From Fimbriimonadaceae bacterium (GTDB lineage: Bacteria > Armatimonadota > Fimbriimonadia > Fimbriimonadales > Fimbriimonadaceae): 64,000 bases of DNA. Location of the stretch: assembly GCA_019454125.1 (NCBI GenBank), contig CP075365.1:488218-552217 (forward strand), written 5' to 3'. Below the pieces are notes generated by a model. It had not been told where the DNA came from. It searched no databases and was given only the letters and a program-made list of their open reading frames with translations. Positions 9,591 to 17,413 of the stretch are shown piece by piece (position 1 is the first letter of the stretch; each line of letters starts with the position of its first letter). Made by a program: the position numbers and the translations under genes.

Positions 9591-10673
9591 TTGCCGAGCT
9601 CGTGGGCTATGAATGTATCTGACGCTATTTCCACGTTCCTGGACCGCGCCTGCCGGCTCCTAGCGCTTCTTGGGACTCTGACCGCGTTAATCGCGGTCGG
9701 ACTGCTTGTGTTCCAATACACGGCAACTGTCGAAGCTTCCGGTGTCGCGCTCGTCCAAGCGTCACACAATATCGCGGTTTTCAGCAAAGCGGCTTTGTGC
9801 GGTGCCTTTGCCGCTGCCATTGCGTTTTCGTGGCTGGCCTGGGGCGAGGAAGTCCTTGGTCCGCTATTGATTATCGTAGCGGCCGCGCTCTACTTTTCCC
9901 CGGCCTACCTGCCCATGATGTTGGGCCAGAACACGAGGCAGGAGGGCGCCCAAGCCCTAGAGGCGATTGCGAACGTCGGATTGCCGGTCGGAATCGTCGG
10001 CCTGCTCGTGCTGACCCTTGATGTCGCAACTCGCATAAAAACCCGCTCGCGCGAGGGTGCAAAGGCCGATCAAATCAAGTATGGCAAGGGCCTAAAGGAA
10101 GAGAAAGAGATCAACAACATCTTCCTTGGTAAGTGCTGGCAACTCCCCTATTGCCGAAAATTTGTGAGGGAGCGGTGTCCCATTTACCATGCTCGCCGGA
10201 CCTGTTGGAAGGAAAGGGTCGGATGCATGTGCGAAGAGTCCGTCATTCGCAACGCGATGGAAGGGAGAGTCATACCTAGCGACATGGTGGCAGCGGCGAA
10301 ATACATCCCCGTCAACAACAAGCTCCTGCCCGAACAGAAAGCTGAAAGGTGCCGCCAGTGCGTAATCTATAATGAGCATCAGAAGCATAAGTACAAACTG
10401 CTGCTCCCCGTAACAATTCTGTTGTTTGTGGCAGCCTACATCGTGTTCCACGATCCCATGGCGGAAGGTGTAAAGTCTTTGATCGCCGGAGTGGACGTCG
10501 TTTTGCGGAAGGCTACACTTGACCAATCCTCGGTCGCTGGTAACACGGAGCAGACAGGACTCGGCGCGGCGGGCACCTCGTTCCACGAGGTTATCCTCAT
10601 TGCCATCCTCTGGCTAATGGGTACTTATGCCATTCGGTTCATCGAGTACGTCATCTTCAAACTGAAGCTCTAA
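9591..10673 (+). CDS. polytopic membrane protein with a cytoplasmic Cys-rich module (unknown family)
   Basis: 360 aa with several hydrophobic helices at both ends. The central segment is CWQLPYCRKFVRERCPIYHARRTCWKERVGCMCEE ... CRQC (8 Cys). Its stop is 1 nt before the next gene's start. Confidence 0.6.
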   Translation: MPSSWAMNVSDAISTFLDRACRLLALLGTLTALIAVGLLVFQYTATVEASGVALVQASHNIAVFSKAALCGAFAAAIAFSWLAWGEEVLGPLLIIVAAALYFSPAYLPMMLGQNTRQEGAQALEAIANVGLPVGIVGLLVLTLDVATRIKTRSREGAKADQIKYGKGLKEEKEINNIFLGKCWQLPYCRKFVRERCPIYHARRTCWKERVGCMCEESVIRNAMEGRVIPSDMVAAAKYIPVNNKLLPEQKAERCRQCVIYNEHQKHKYKLLLPVTILLFVAAYIVFHDPMAEGVKSLIAGVDVVLRKATLDQSSVAGNTEQTGLGAAGTSFHEVILIAILWLMGTYAIRFIEYVIFKLKL

Positions 10674-10674
10674 C

Positions 10675-11724
10675 GTGGATATCTTAGCGGTTAACGGTGC
10701 CCATGGGGAGGGTGGAGGAGCCCTTCTGAGGACAGCGGTAGCCATGTCCACACTGACGCAACGACCTGTGCGAATTTATGGCGTGCGCGGTGCGATGCGT
10801 AAGCAGGGAATGGCCGCCGAAGACCTCGCCTTCGTCAAGCTCATGGCAGACTCTTGCCGTGCCTACGTCGAAGGGGACGAGATGGGGGCTTCTGAACTCA
10901 TTTTTCAACCCGCTTCCCAACCCAAGCCCATTCGATCGAAGGTCAGTATCAGCTCCTTTGAACAGGGGCTGGTGCCGGGCAACGCGTTGATTGTTATAGA
11001 ATCGGCCCTCCCCGTTTTGGCGCGAACGGGAGGGCTCAGCAGCGTTACCGTCCAGGGGGAGACTTATAACAGTAATACGCTGACTTACGACTCATTCGAA
11101 ACGACAACCTTAGCAGCCCACCGTGCTCAGGGGCTCTACGTGACGTCGCGGCAATCACAAACCGGCTTTGGGTACGGCTCCAAGGGTGAAGTCACCGTCG
11201 ACGTCGAGCCGAGCGTACTACAAGGGATTGATTGGTCGAAACGTGGCCAACTTCAATCAGTTCGTGGAGTTATAACGTATTCTGACCTTTCGCCCGATAT
11301 TGCTGAGCGAGGCGCGGCAGAACTGAGCTCGCTGTTTGCTGTTCGTGGCTGGAAAGGGGACATTGAATCGGTTAACGCTCCCGGAAAGACTCCGGGAATT
11401 TTTGTCACAGTCTCGGCGCATTTCGATTCTGGCATGGGCTCTGGCTGCGCCATGGGCCAACGTGGCATGCAGATGGAAAGCGTCTGTCGGTCTGCCTGCA
11501 AGGCGCTGGATGAATGGATCGATTCCGGCACAAGTGTCGACACTTACTTAGCCGACCAACTGTTGCTTCCTGCCGTTCTCGCAGAAGGGAAGACGACATA
11601 TGAAACGCCCAAGGTGACCAGAAGACTGACCACTATGGCATGGCTCATGCGCCAGTTTCTGCCGATTCGTCTGACCCTTCATGGCCAAGAGGGCTATCCG
11701 GGGCTCGTTACGATAGAGCGCTAG
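10675..11724 (+). CDS. RNA 3'-terminal phosphate cyclase family protein (divergent, RtcA/Rcl1-like)
   Basis: 349 aa with a GTG start. It has the N-terminal family motif NGAHGEGGGALLRTAVAMS and ...YLADQLLLPAVLAEG..., and the length fits RtcA. The C-terminal region lacks the expected His (see findings). Confidence 0.75.
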   Translation: MDILAVNGAHGEGGGALLRTAVAMSTLTQRPVRIYGVRGAMRKQGMAAEDLAFVKLMADSCRAYVEGDEMGASELIFQPASQPKPIRSKVSISSFEQGLVPGNALIVIESALPVLARTGGLSSVTVQGETYNSNTLTYDSFETTTLAAHRAQGLYVTSRQSQTGFGYGSKGEVTVDVEPSVLQGIDWSKRGQLQSVRGVITYSDLSPDIAERGAAELSSLFAVRGWKGDIESVNAPGKTPGIFVTVSAHFDSGMGSGCAMGQRGMQMESVCRSACKALDEWIDSGTSVDTYLADQLLLPAVLAEGKTTYETPKVTRRLTTMAWLMRQFLPIRLTLHGQEGYPGLVTIER

Positions 11725-13100
11725 GCACTCCGGCGGTGGCGGCTCGAGAGCAGCTTTGTCTTGTCACGATACTTGTTCACTGTACGACGCGCGACTTTTA
11801 CCCCTTTCTCGTGTAGGATCTGGGCGATGGACTCGTCGCTAAATGGACAGCTGGGGTTCTCCGTCGAGAGGATTTCTTCAATCATCTTCTGGATGCGTAG
11901 GGCGGGCTTGAAGAAGACATCGAAGGAAAGAATTTCTCCTGTCGCGATCTGCACAAACTTGCCGTTTGTCGCCCGACTTACTGAACTTTCGTGAAGACCA
12001 AGATGCGCCGCAAGTTGCACCCTGGTCAGGGGATTTAGAAACTTATAGTCTCCGGTGCTGACGAAACCGCTTTGCTGTTCCACGAAGAAGCGGCCGATCT
12101 GGAGCATCGTTTTATGCCGTTGCGAAATCGCGTCAATGAAGCGGTTCGCTCGGTCGACAAACTCCTGGATGTGCCCCCGCTCCTCCTTCGGGACTCTGCC
12201 CTTAGCGATGAGGCGGTAACGGCTCGCATAAGCGTCGTCGATTCGCAGACTGCAGGCAGTGGGGCCGGGAACCTCAATGCGCCACCCAGTTTCGTCCCGT
12301 GCGAGGACCAGGTCCGCTTGGGCGCCCACTGACCGGTCCGCACCGATGCAGACATGAGCCTTAAAGCCTTCACCTGGAAAGGGGTTCAGGCCGGTGACAA
12401 TCTCGAAGACTTTTCGAATGGCTTCGTCGCTGGTCTTGTACTTTCGCCTCAAGGCCCTGACGTCACGCTGTACGAGGAGATCCCAGTCTTGCCGAAGAAT
12501 CGTCCGCGCAAGTCTGTGGTCGGCTTCACTGTGTCCCCGGAGCTGAAGAAGAAGGCACTCTCTAAGATCGTTAGCACCAACCCCCGCAGGTTCACACTGC
12601 TTCAGGAGTTCGATCGCCTTCGCAGATGACTCTAGTGTGACATTACAGTCTAAAGCAACCTCTTCTAAAGAGACGGTTAGGTAACCGCGATCATTGACGC
12701 TAGCAATTAAGTAATTGCCAAGGTCTTTCTCATGATCAGGCAGTTGCGGCAGAAGTTGCGCTCGCAGGTGGTCCCACAAAGTGTCGCTGTCGGGCGTGAA
12801 GTCCAACCAGTCGAACTCTTGCTCCCCATCGCGAGGAAGAGACCGTTGCAGTTCACGGTTGTCGCTGGAAGGTTTCAACTCCGCAGGTGCAACCGTCTTA
12901 AGGATCTCGTCCAAAGTTACCGGGGTTTCTGAATCCTCAATTCTCTCGAGTGCTGGGTTTTCGGCAAGCTCTGTCTCAACCGCTTGCAGTAGTTCTGCGT
13001 GGTTGAGCTGCAGGACTTGGCTTGCTAGAATGACCCGGGGATCGATCCGTACCGAGGTACTGACCCTTGCCCCAACGTGTTGACCCATGCCGTCCGCCAT
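11721..13100 (-). CDS. rpoN: RNA polymerase sigma-54 factor
   Basis: 459 aa with the C-terminal HTH and RpoN box (...GVKVARRTVNKYRDKTKL) and the central core-binding region. Its stop overlaps the rtcA-like stop in a shared CTAG. Confidence 0.93.
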   Translation of the reverse strand: MADGMGQHVGARVSTSVRIDPRVILASQVLQLNHAELLQAVETELAENPALERIEDSETPVTLDEILKTVAPAELKPSSDNRELQRSLPRDGEQEFDWLDFTPDSDTLWDHLRAQLLPQLPDHEKDLGNYLIASVNDRGYLTVSLEEVALDCNVTLESSAKAIELLKQCEPAGVGANDLRECLLLQLRGHSEADHRLARTILRQDWDLLVQRDVRALRRKYKTSDEAIRKVFEIVTGLNPFPGEGFKAHVCIGADRSVGAQADLVLARDETGWRIEVPGPTACSLRIDDAYASRYRLIAKGRVPKEERGHIQEFVDRANRFIDAISQRHKTMLQIGRFFVEQQSGFVSTGDYKFLNPLTRVQLAAHLGLHESSVSRATNGKFVQIATGEILSFDVFFKPALRIQKMIEEILSTENPSCPFSDESIAQILHEKGVKVARRTVNKYRDKTKLLSSRHRRSA

Positions 13101-13189
13101 CTTGTGAACCCGCGCTGAGTCAATGATCGGCTGGAATGACCCCCCGGCAGTCGTACGAATTACTGGTTCGGTAAAATACAGACTCGGTA

Positions 13190-13786
13190 ATGTTTACTGG
13201 TCTCGTCCAAGCGGTGGGGAAAGTCCTCAAGGTATCGCCTGGAAACTTGCTAGTGGAGAAATGCCTGCCTGTTTCCAACGATCCTTATCTTATCGGAGAA
13301 AGTATTGCCGTTAACGGTTGTTGCTTAACCCTTGTGGATTTCGATCAAGGTCTCGAATTTAACCTGAGTGAAGAAACATGGACTCGAACCGCCTTGCGCA
13401 CATTGAGAATTGGGAGCCGAGTTAACCTTGAGCGTTCTGTTCGCGCGGCTGACCGCCTGGGCGGCCACATTGTGCAAGGCCATGTGGATAGCGTGGCCAC
13501 CGTCGAGGCAGTAGAAACGCTGGAAGGATCAGTTAAGCTCGTCCTGCAAAACTTAGAACCACGCTATCTGATCCAGAAGGGCTCCCTCACCGTAGACGGC
13601 GTGAGCTTGACCGTCAACAACCCCTCGAACGGGCAAGCGGAATTCTATATCATCCCGCATACGGCAGAAGCGACAACGCTTTGTGAAAAGAGAGTGGGGG
13701 ACGTAGTCAATATCGAGTACGACGTCTTGGCAAAGTACGTCGAGCAGTTAATGCCTTTCGTCAACCTTCGATCACAATCTTCGTAA
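13190..13786 (+). CDS. ribE: riboflavin synthase alpha chain
   Basis: 198 aa. MFTGLVQAVGKV..., duplicated lumazine-binding repeats (GESIAVNGCCLTLV / GSLTVDGVSLTV). Confidence 0.93.
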   Translation: MFTGLVQAVGKVLKVSPGNLLVEKCLPVSNDPYLIGESIAVNGCCLTLVDFDQGLEFNLSEETWTRTALRTLRIGSRVNLERSVRAADRLGGHIVQGHVDSVATVEAVETLEGSVKLVLQNLEPRYLIQKGSLTVDGVSLTVNNPSNGQAEFYIIPHTAEATTLCEKRVGDVVNIEYDVLAKYVEQLMPFVNLRSQSS

Positions 13787-15827
13787 AGTCCCCTGCTTGT
13801 AGGAGGAGGCCGTTCACTTCGGCCAAAAGTCTAAGGCGTGCGTTCCTTACGAGCTCGTCGTCTGCCATAACCATGGTGGAGTCAAAAAACGAGTCGATGG
13901 GCTTTGCTAAAGTCCTTAAGCCCGTCACCAATTCGGCGACGTCCGCGCGTTCTGCCGCCGATCGGACCTGTTGGCGCGCCGTTTCGACGGCCCTGAGAAG
14001 CGCGCTGGCCTCCGAACTTTGCAAAGCCTCATCCTTCGGCAATCCGGGCTCAATGACCAGGCCCTTCTTTTCCGCGGCAGCGGTAATGTTCAGGGGGCGG
14101 GTCGCCGTCTGAATGAACGCTGTCTCAGGGGAAATGGTTTCCATCACTTGAATCCGGAATTGCACCGCCCGCGGATTCAGAAGCGGCATTCCGCCGCTCA
14201 AGGCCGCCTGCACGAGGTCATACCGGTGCGACGCCAAGAGGCCTTCATACCGGCTGACAAAGATCTCATGAAGGTGCTGGGTCGCCTTGTCCGCATCAAG
14301 CGAGACCTGTCCATCGGCGTAGTTTTTAAACGCACTATCGAGCAAGGGCGTCAGGTCTTGGGCTTCCGGCCATGCCCAACAGGCTTCGATAATTGTGGTG
14401 GCGGCGCGCCGCAACCCGTAAGGGTCGCTACTTCCGGTGGGGACGGCACCAATGCCCAAATACCCGGCCAACTTATCGATCTGATCCGCCAAAACCAAGC
14501 AGAATGCCGTGCGGTCAGCAACTGCGTCTTCGGTAGCCGAGAAAGATGCGTACTGACGCGAAATGGCTGAGGTCACGGGAGGAGGAAAGTCTTCGCGGGA
14601 CCCGTAAATACCGCCGATAACGCCTTGCAACTCATCGAGTTCGGAGACGAGGCCAGTGCTCAAATCTGCCTTTGCGTAAAGACCGGCTCTTCGGGCATAA
14701 TCCTGATCGCTAAGGCTGCCGCCGCTCCACGCGGCGATATCGGCAGCCAACTTAGCGAGCCGGTCGGCGCGATCGCGCACAGAGCCCAGCTTTTCCTGAA
14801 AGGTCATGGAACGGGTGCGCTCCAGGAATTCGGAAAGCGTATGCTTCTTATCTTCTAAAAAGAAGTGGCGCGCATCATTAAGCCGCGCGTTCACGACCCA
14901 TTCGTTCCCCTCCCGGACGGTGTTCTCGTCGCCACCATTGCACACTGAGACGAATCCTGTAGTGAGCGAACCTTGTTGGTTTCGCACAGGGAAGAACCGC
15001 TCATGTTTCGCCATAACGGTGATCAGCACGGGATCTGGCAATTCTAAGAACTCTTGGGCGAAGTTTCCGAGGAGGCAACGCGGTTGCTCGGTCAGATAAG
15101 CGTTTTCCTCGATAAGGGCTGCGGAGGTGGCGCTGGTGTCGGCGGAGTGGGCTTCCGCACCCGCCCTGATGGCCGCCTTCCGTTTTTCGGCATCGGGTTC
15201 AACGTGGCGATGGCGGAGCTCTGCCAGCAAGCCGGCGAGGCCGTTCGCCGCCGAAAATGAGCCCGGAGAGCGGAAGCGGTGGCCATAGCTTAAATCCCCG
15301 GACAGAATGCCCTCGAGCTCAAAAGGGACAACTTCAGAGCCGAAAGTTGCCAAGATCCAGCGAATTGGGCGGGCGAACCGAAACCGCCCGGAGCCCCACC
15401 GCATGGTTTTGTCGAAGGTCAGGGACCGGATCGCTTCGGGCAGGATTTCGGCGAGAAGCTCGCGCGTCGGCTTGCCCGGGACCACGCGGTGCGCCCAGAC
15501 GTAGTCGCCTTCGACCTGGACTTGGTCGGGGGTTATGCCCTGGCCCCGGCAGAAGCCTTCCAGCGCCTTGCTTGGTTTGCCTTCGGCGTCGAATGCCGCT
15601 TTCACGGCAGGCCCCCGCGAGGCGGTCGGAACATCAGGTTGCCGATCGAGAACGTCCTGGATTGAGACGATGAGCCGCCGGGGTGTGCCGAGCGTTTCAT
15701 GGGCGCCGTGTGAGACCGAGGCGGCCGTTAGCCGCGTAAGGATCTCGAAAGCGAGTTGGTCGTGCGCACGCCGGATTGAACCGGCCGGTAACTCTTCACA
15801 GCCGACCTCGAGCAATAATTCCGGCAT
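13761..15827 (-). CDS. glyS: glycine--tRNA ligase beta subunit
   Basis: The track ORF is 13761..15899. The canonical GlyS N-terminus MPELLLEVGCEELPA begins at the internal ATG 15827. Full-length beta-subunit architecture. No glyQ is adjacent. Confidence 0.92.
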   Translation of the reverse strand: MPELLLEVGCEELPAGSIRRAHDQLAFEILTRLTAASVSHGAHETLGTPRRLIVSIQDVLDRQPDVPTASRGPAVKAAFDAEGKPSKALEGFCRGQGITPDQVQVEGDYVWAHRVVPGKPTRELLAEILPEAIRSLTFDKTMRWGSGRFRFARPIRWILATFGSEVVPFELEGILSGDLSYGHRFRSPGSFSAANGLAGLLAELRHRHVEPDAEKRKAAIRAGAEAHSADTSATSAALIEENAYLTEQPRCLLGNFAQEFLELPDPVLITVMAKHERFFPVRNQQGSLTTGFVSVCNGGDENTVREGNEWVVNARLNDARHFFLEDKKHTLSEFLERTRSMTFQEKLGSVRDRADRLAKLAADIAAWSGGSLSDQDYARRAGLYAKADLSTGLVSELDELQGVIGGIYGSREDFPPPVTSAISRQYASFSATEDAVADRTAFCLVLADQIDKLAGYLGIGAVPTGSSDPYGLRRAATTIIEACWAWPEAQDLTPLLDSAFKNYADGQVSLDADKATQHLHEIFVSRYEGLLASHRYDLVQAALSGGMPLLNPRAVQFRIQVMETISPETAFIQTATRPLNITAAAEKKGLVIEPGLPKDEALQSSEASALLRAVETARQQVRSAAERADVAELVTGLRTLAKPIDSFFDSTMVMADDELVRNARLRLLAEVNGLLLQAGDFTKIVIEG

Positions 15828-15933
15828 TCCGGGAACGAGTTTACCGTCGGCCACCGGTGCCTTTCCGAGGTTCGGCAAGGTAGGATAGGCTGAACTCAAC
15901 TGGATTGAGTCGCCTCGTCTTTACGGAGGATCC

Positions 15934-16443
15934 ATGAGAAAACACCTGATTCTCGCCGCGCTCGGCCTGGCCGCCCTTGCACCTGCCCAAACGGTGCAAA
16001 CCCCGACAAACCTTGCGTTTAGGATCGGCTACGTCTATCCGATCGATGCCAAGACCCGCGACAGTGTCCGCAACTTCTTCGGCATCGGAGCGGAGTACTT
16101 CTTCAACCACAGCCTCGTTCGGAACGGCGAGCTGACGCTTTCCGCCGACTGGCTTGGCAAGACCGGCAGCGGTGACAAGGGGAACATCTTTCCGATCTTC
16201 CTGAACCAGCGGTTCTATGGCGGGTCGCGCACCGGCGACGAGTACAACCGGAGCTACTTTTACGTTGGTGCAGGAATCGCGATCGTAGACGTCACCCGCA
16301 CGGACACCGTCTTGGCCGCCCGTGTCGGCTGGGGCATGGAGTTCGGTGAGCACCTCTTCGGCGAGACCACGCTCATCCACAGCGACGACGCTTCGGGCGC
16401 CCGCGCCACGAGCCTCGGCTTCTACCTCGGCTACCGCTTCTAA
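15934..16443 (+). CDS. small outer-membrane beta-barrel protein
   Basis: 169 aa. Signal peptide MRKHLILAALGLAALAPAQT, alternating amphipathic strands, and an aromatic C-terminus ...GFYLGYRF typical of OMP barrels. Confidence 0.6.
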   Translation: MRKHLILAALGLAALAPAQTVQTPTNLAFRIGYVYPIDAKTRDSVRNFFGIGAEYFFNHSLVRNGELTLSADWLGKTGSGDKGNIFPIFLNQRFYGGSRTGDEYNRSYFYVGAGIAIVDVTRTDTVLAARVGWGMEFGEHLFGETTLIHSDDASGARATSLGFYLGYRF

Positions 16444-16462
16444 GGAACGGCGGCCTCTAAAG

Positions 16463-16496
16463 ACAGGCTCCCGGCTTTGACAAGCCGGGGGCCTGT
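16463..16496. terminator. bidirectional stem-loop terminator between convergent genes
   Basis: acaggctcccggctt-tgac-aagccgggggcctgt forms a 15-bp stem (one G-U pair) with a 4-nt loop. It lies between the OMP gene (+) and the proteasome-beta gene (-). Confidence 0.7.
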
Positions 16497-17231
16497 TCAG
16501 TCTAGGTCGGCCATGGCGGCCAAAGTCTCTTCGTCCGACAGGCTGCGCGACCCGTTCCGGTCCAGCACGTAGACCGCAGGCGGGACTTTGCGGAGGCCCC
16601 CGGTAGCCGAGTCCAAATCGGCGGCGATTTCCAGCATCCTGAGCGCGTCTTGCAGCACCTGGTGTTGGTTGCGGGCCGCCCAGGGCCCTTTCGTCCGGAT
16701 CAGATATTCAAAGACCCCCCGGATCCGCTCCGAGCCGGAACCCGCGCACGCATAGTCCGCATTTTGGAACCGGGCGCCCGCCGCATCGAAAAAGTAAACG
16801 CCGAAGCGGTCGGCCCGAGGATCATAGGCGGCTGCGATCGGAAGGAACATACCGATGCCGGAGGCGGCGGCCGGAATGTTGCCTTGGAGCGCCCGCGAGA
16901 TCTCCATCAGTTTCCCCTCGGTCGAGATCTCAACCAAGTTCAGCCTCTCGTAGTACTTGAAGGCGTGGCGAAGGTAGCGCGAGACCTCCAAGGATCGGCC
17001 ATAAGCGCCGCTCACCGCGACCACAGTGAACCGGTCCAGCGGCACGATCTTGTCCGCATGGTCGAACATGATCAAGTTGCCCGCGGTCGCGCGGCGGTCT
17101 GCCACGACGAGGCAACCGGCATCATAGTGCAAGGCGATGACGGTGGTGCCGTGCACCTCGCCAATGGGGCCGGCGGCCACGGGCTCGAAGCCGACCAGCT
17201 CCCGAAACGACGCGGCGTTCGGCGCTGTCAC
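16497..17231 (-). CDS. prcB: proteasome beta-type subunit (PrcB-like)
   Basis: 244 aa. A propeptide is followed by HG/TTVIALHYDAGCLVVADRRATAGNLIMFDHADKI. Counting from the first Thr gives T1, D17 and K33. The protein aligns along its whole length with actinobacterial PrcB as I remember it. Confidence 0.85.
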   Translation of the reverse strand: MTAPNAASFRELVGFEPVAAGPIGEVHGTTVIALHYDAGCLVVADRRATAGNLIMFDHADKIVPLDRFTVVAVSGAYGRSLEVSRYLRHAFKYYERLNLVEISTEGKLMEISRALQGNIPAAASGIGMFLPIAAAYDPRADRFGVYFFDAAGARFQNADYACAGSGSERIRGVFEYLIRTKGPWAARNQHQVLQDALRMLEIAADLDSATGGLRKVPPAVYVLDRNGSRSLSDEETLAAMADLD

Positions 17232-17413
17232 TGGCCTGATCGCTGGCGGTACTTTTTCGCCTGCTCCGGGTCGACGCGCTTCATGCGCTTTAGCAGCTCG
17301 TTCGGAGCGTCCGGACGACCGATATCGGGCTTAGTGGGCCCCTCGTCGTCCCCCGTCTTGCGTGACGGCTCTTCGAATTCCCGGCGGAGAGTGCGGTCGA
17401 ATGAAATCGTCAT
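17228..17413 (-). CDS. UBact/Pup-like small protein modifier
   Basis: 61 aa, low-complexity and likely disordered. The C-terminal half ...PNELLKRMKRVDPEQAKKYRQRSGQ matches the UBact consensus as I recall it (LLKRM+.VDP.QA++YRQR[ST]G[EQ]). It has 4-nt ATGA-type overlaps with both neighbours. Confidence 0.75.
   Translation of the reverse strand: MTISFDRTLRREFEEPSRKTGDDEGPTKPDIGRPDAPNELLKRMKRVDPEQAKKYRQRSGQ

Noticed and set aside
11721-11724. The convergent rtcA-like and rpoN genes share their stop codons in the palindrome CTAG. Similar 4-nt convergent overlaps occur at 55441-55444 and 60957-60960.
   Set aside because: This is a common consequence of compact genomes. Nothing suggests function beyond the lack of terminator space. 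The ku/ligD case is noted in the findings.
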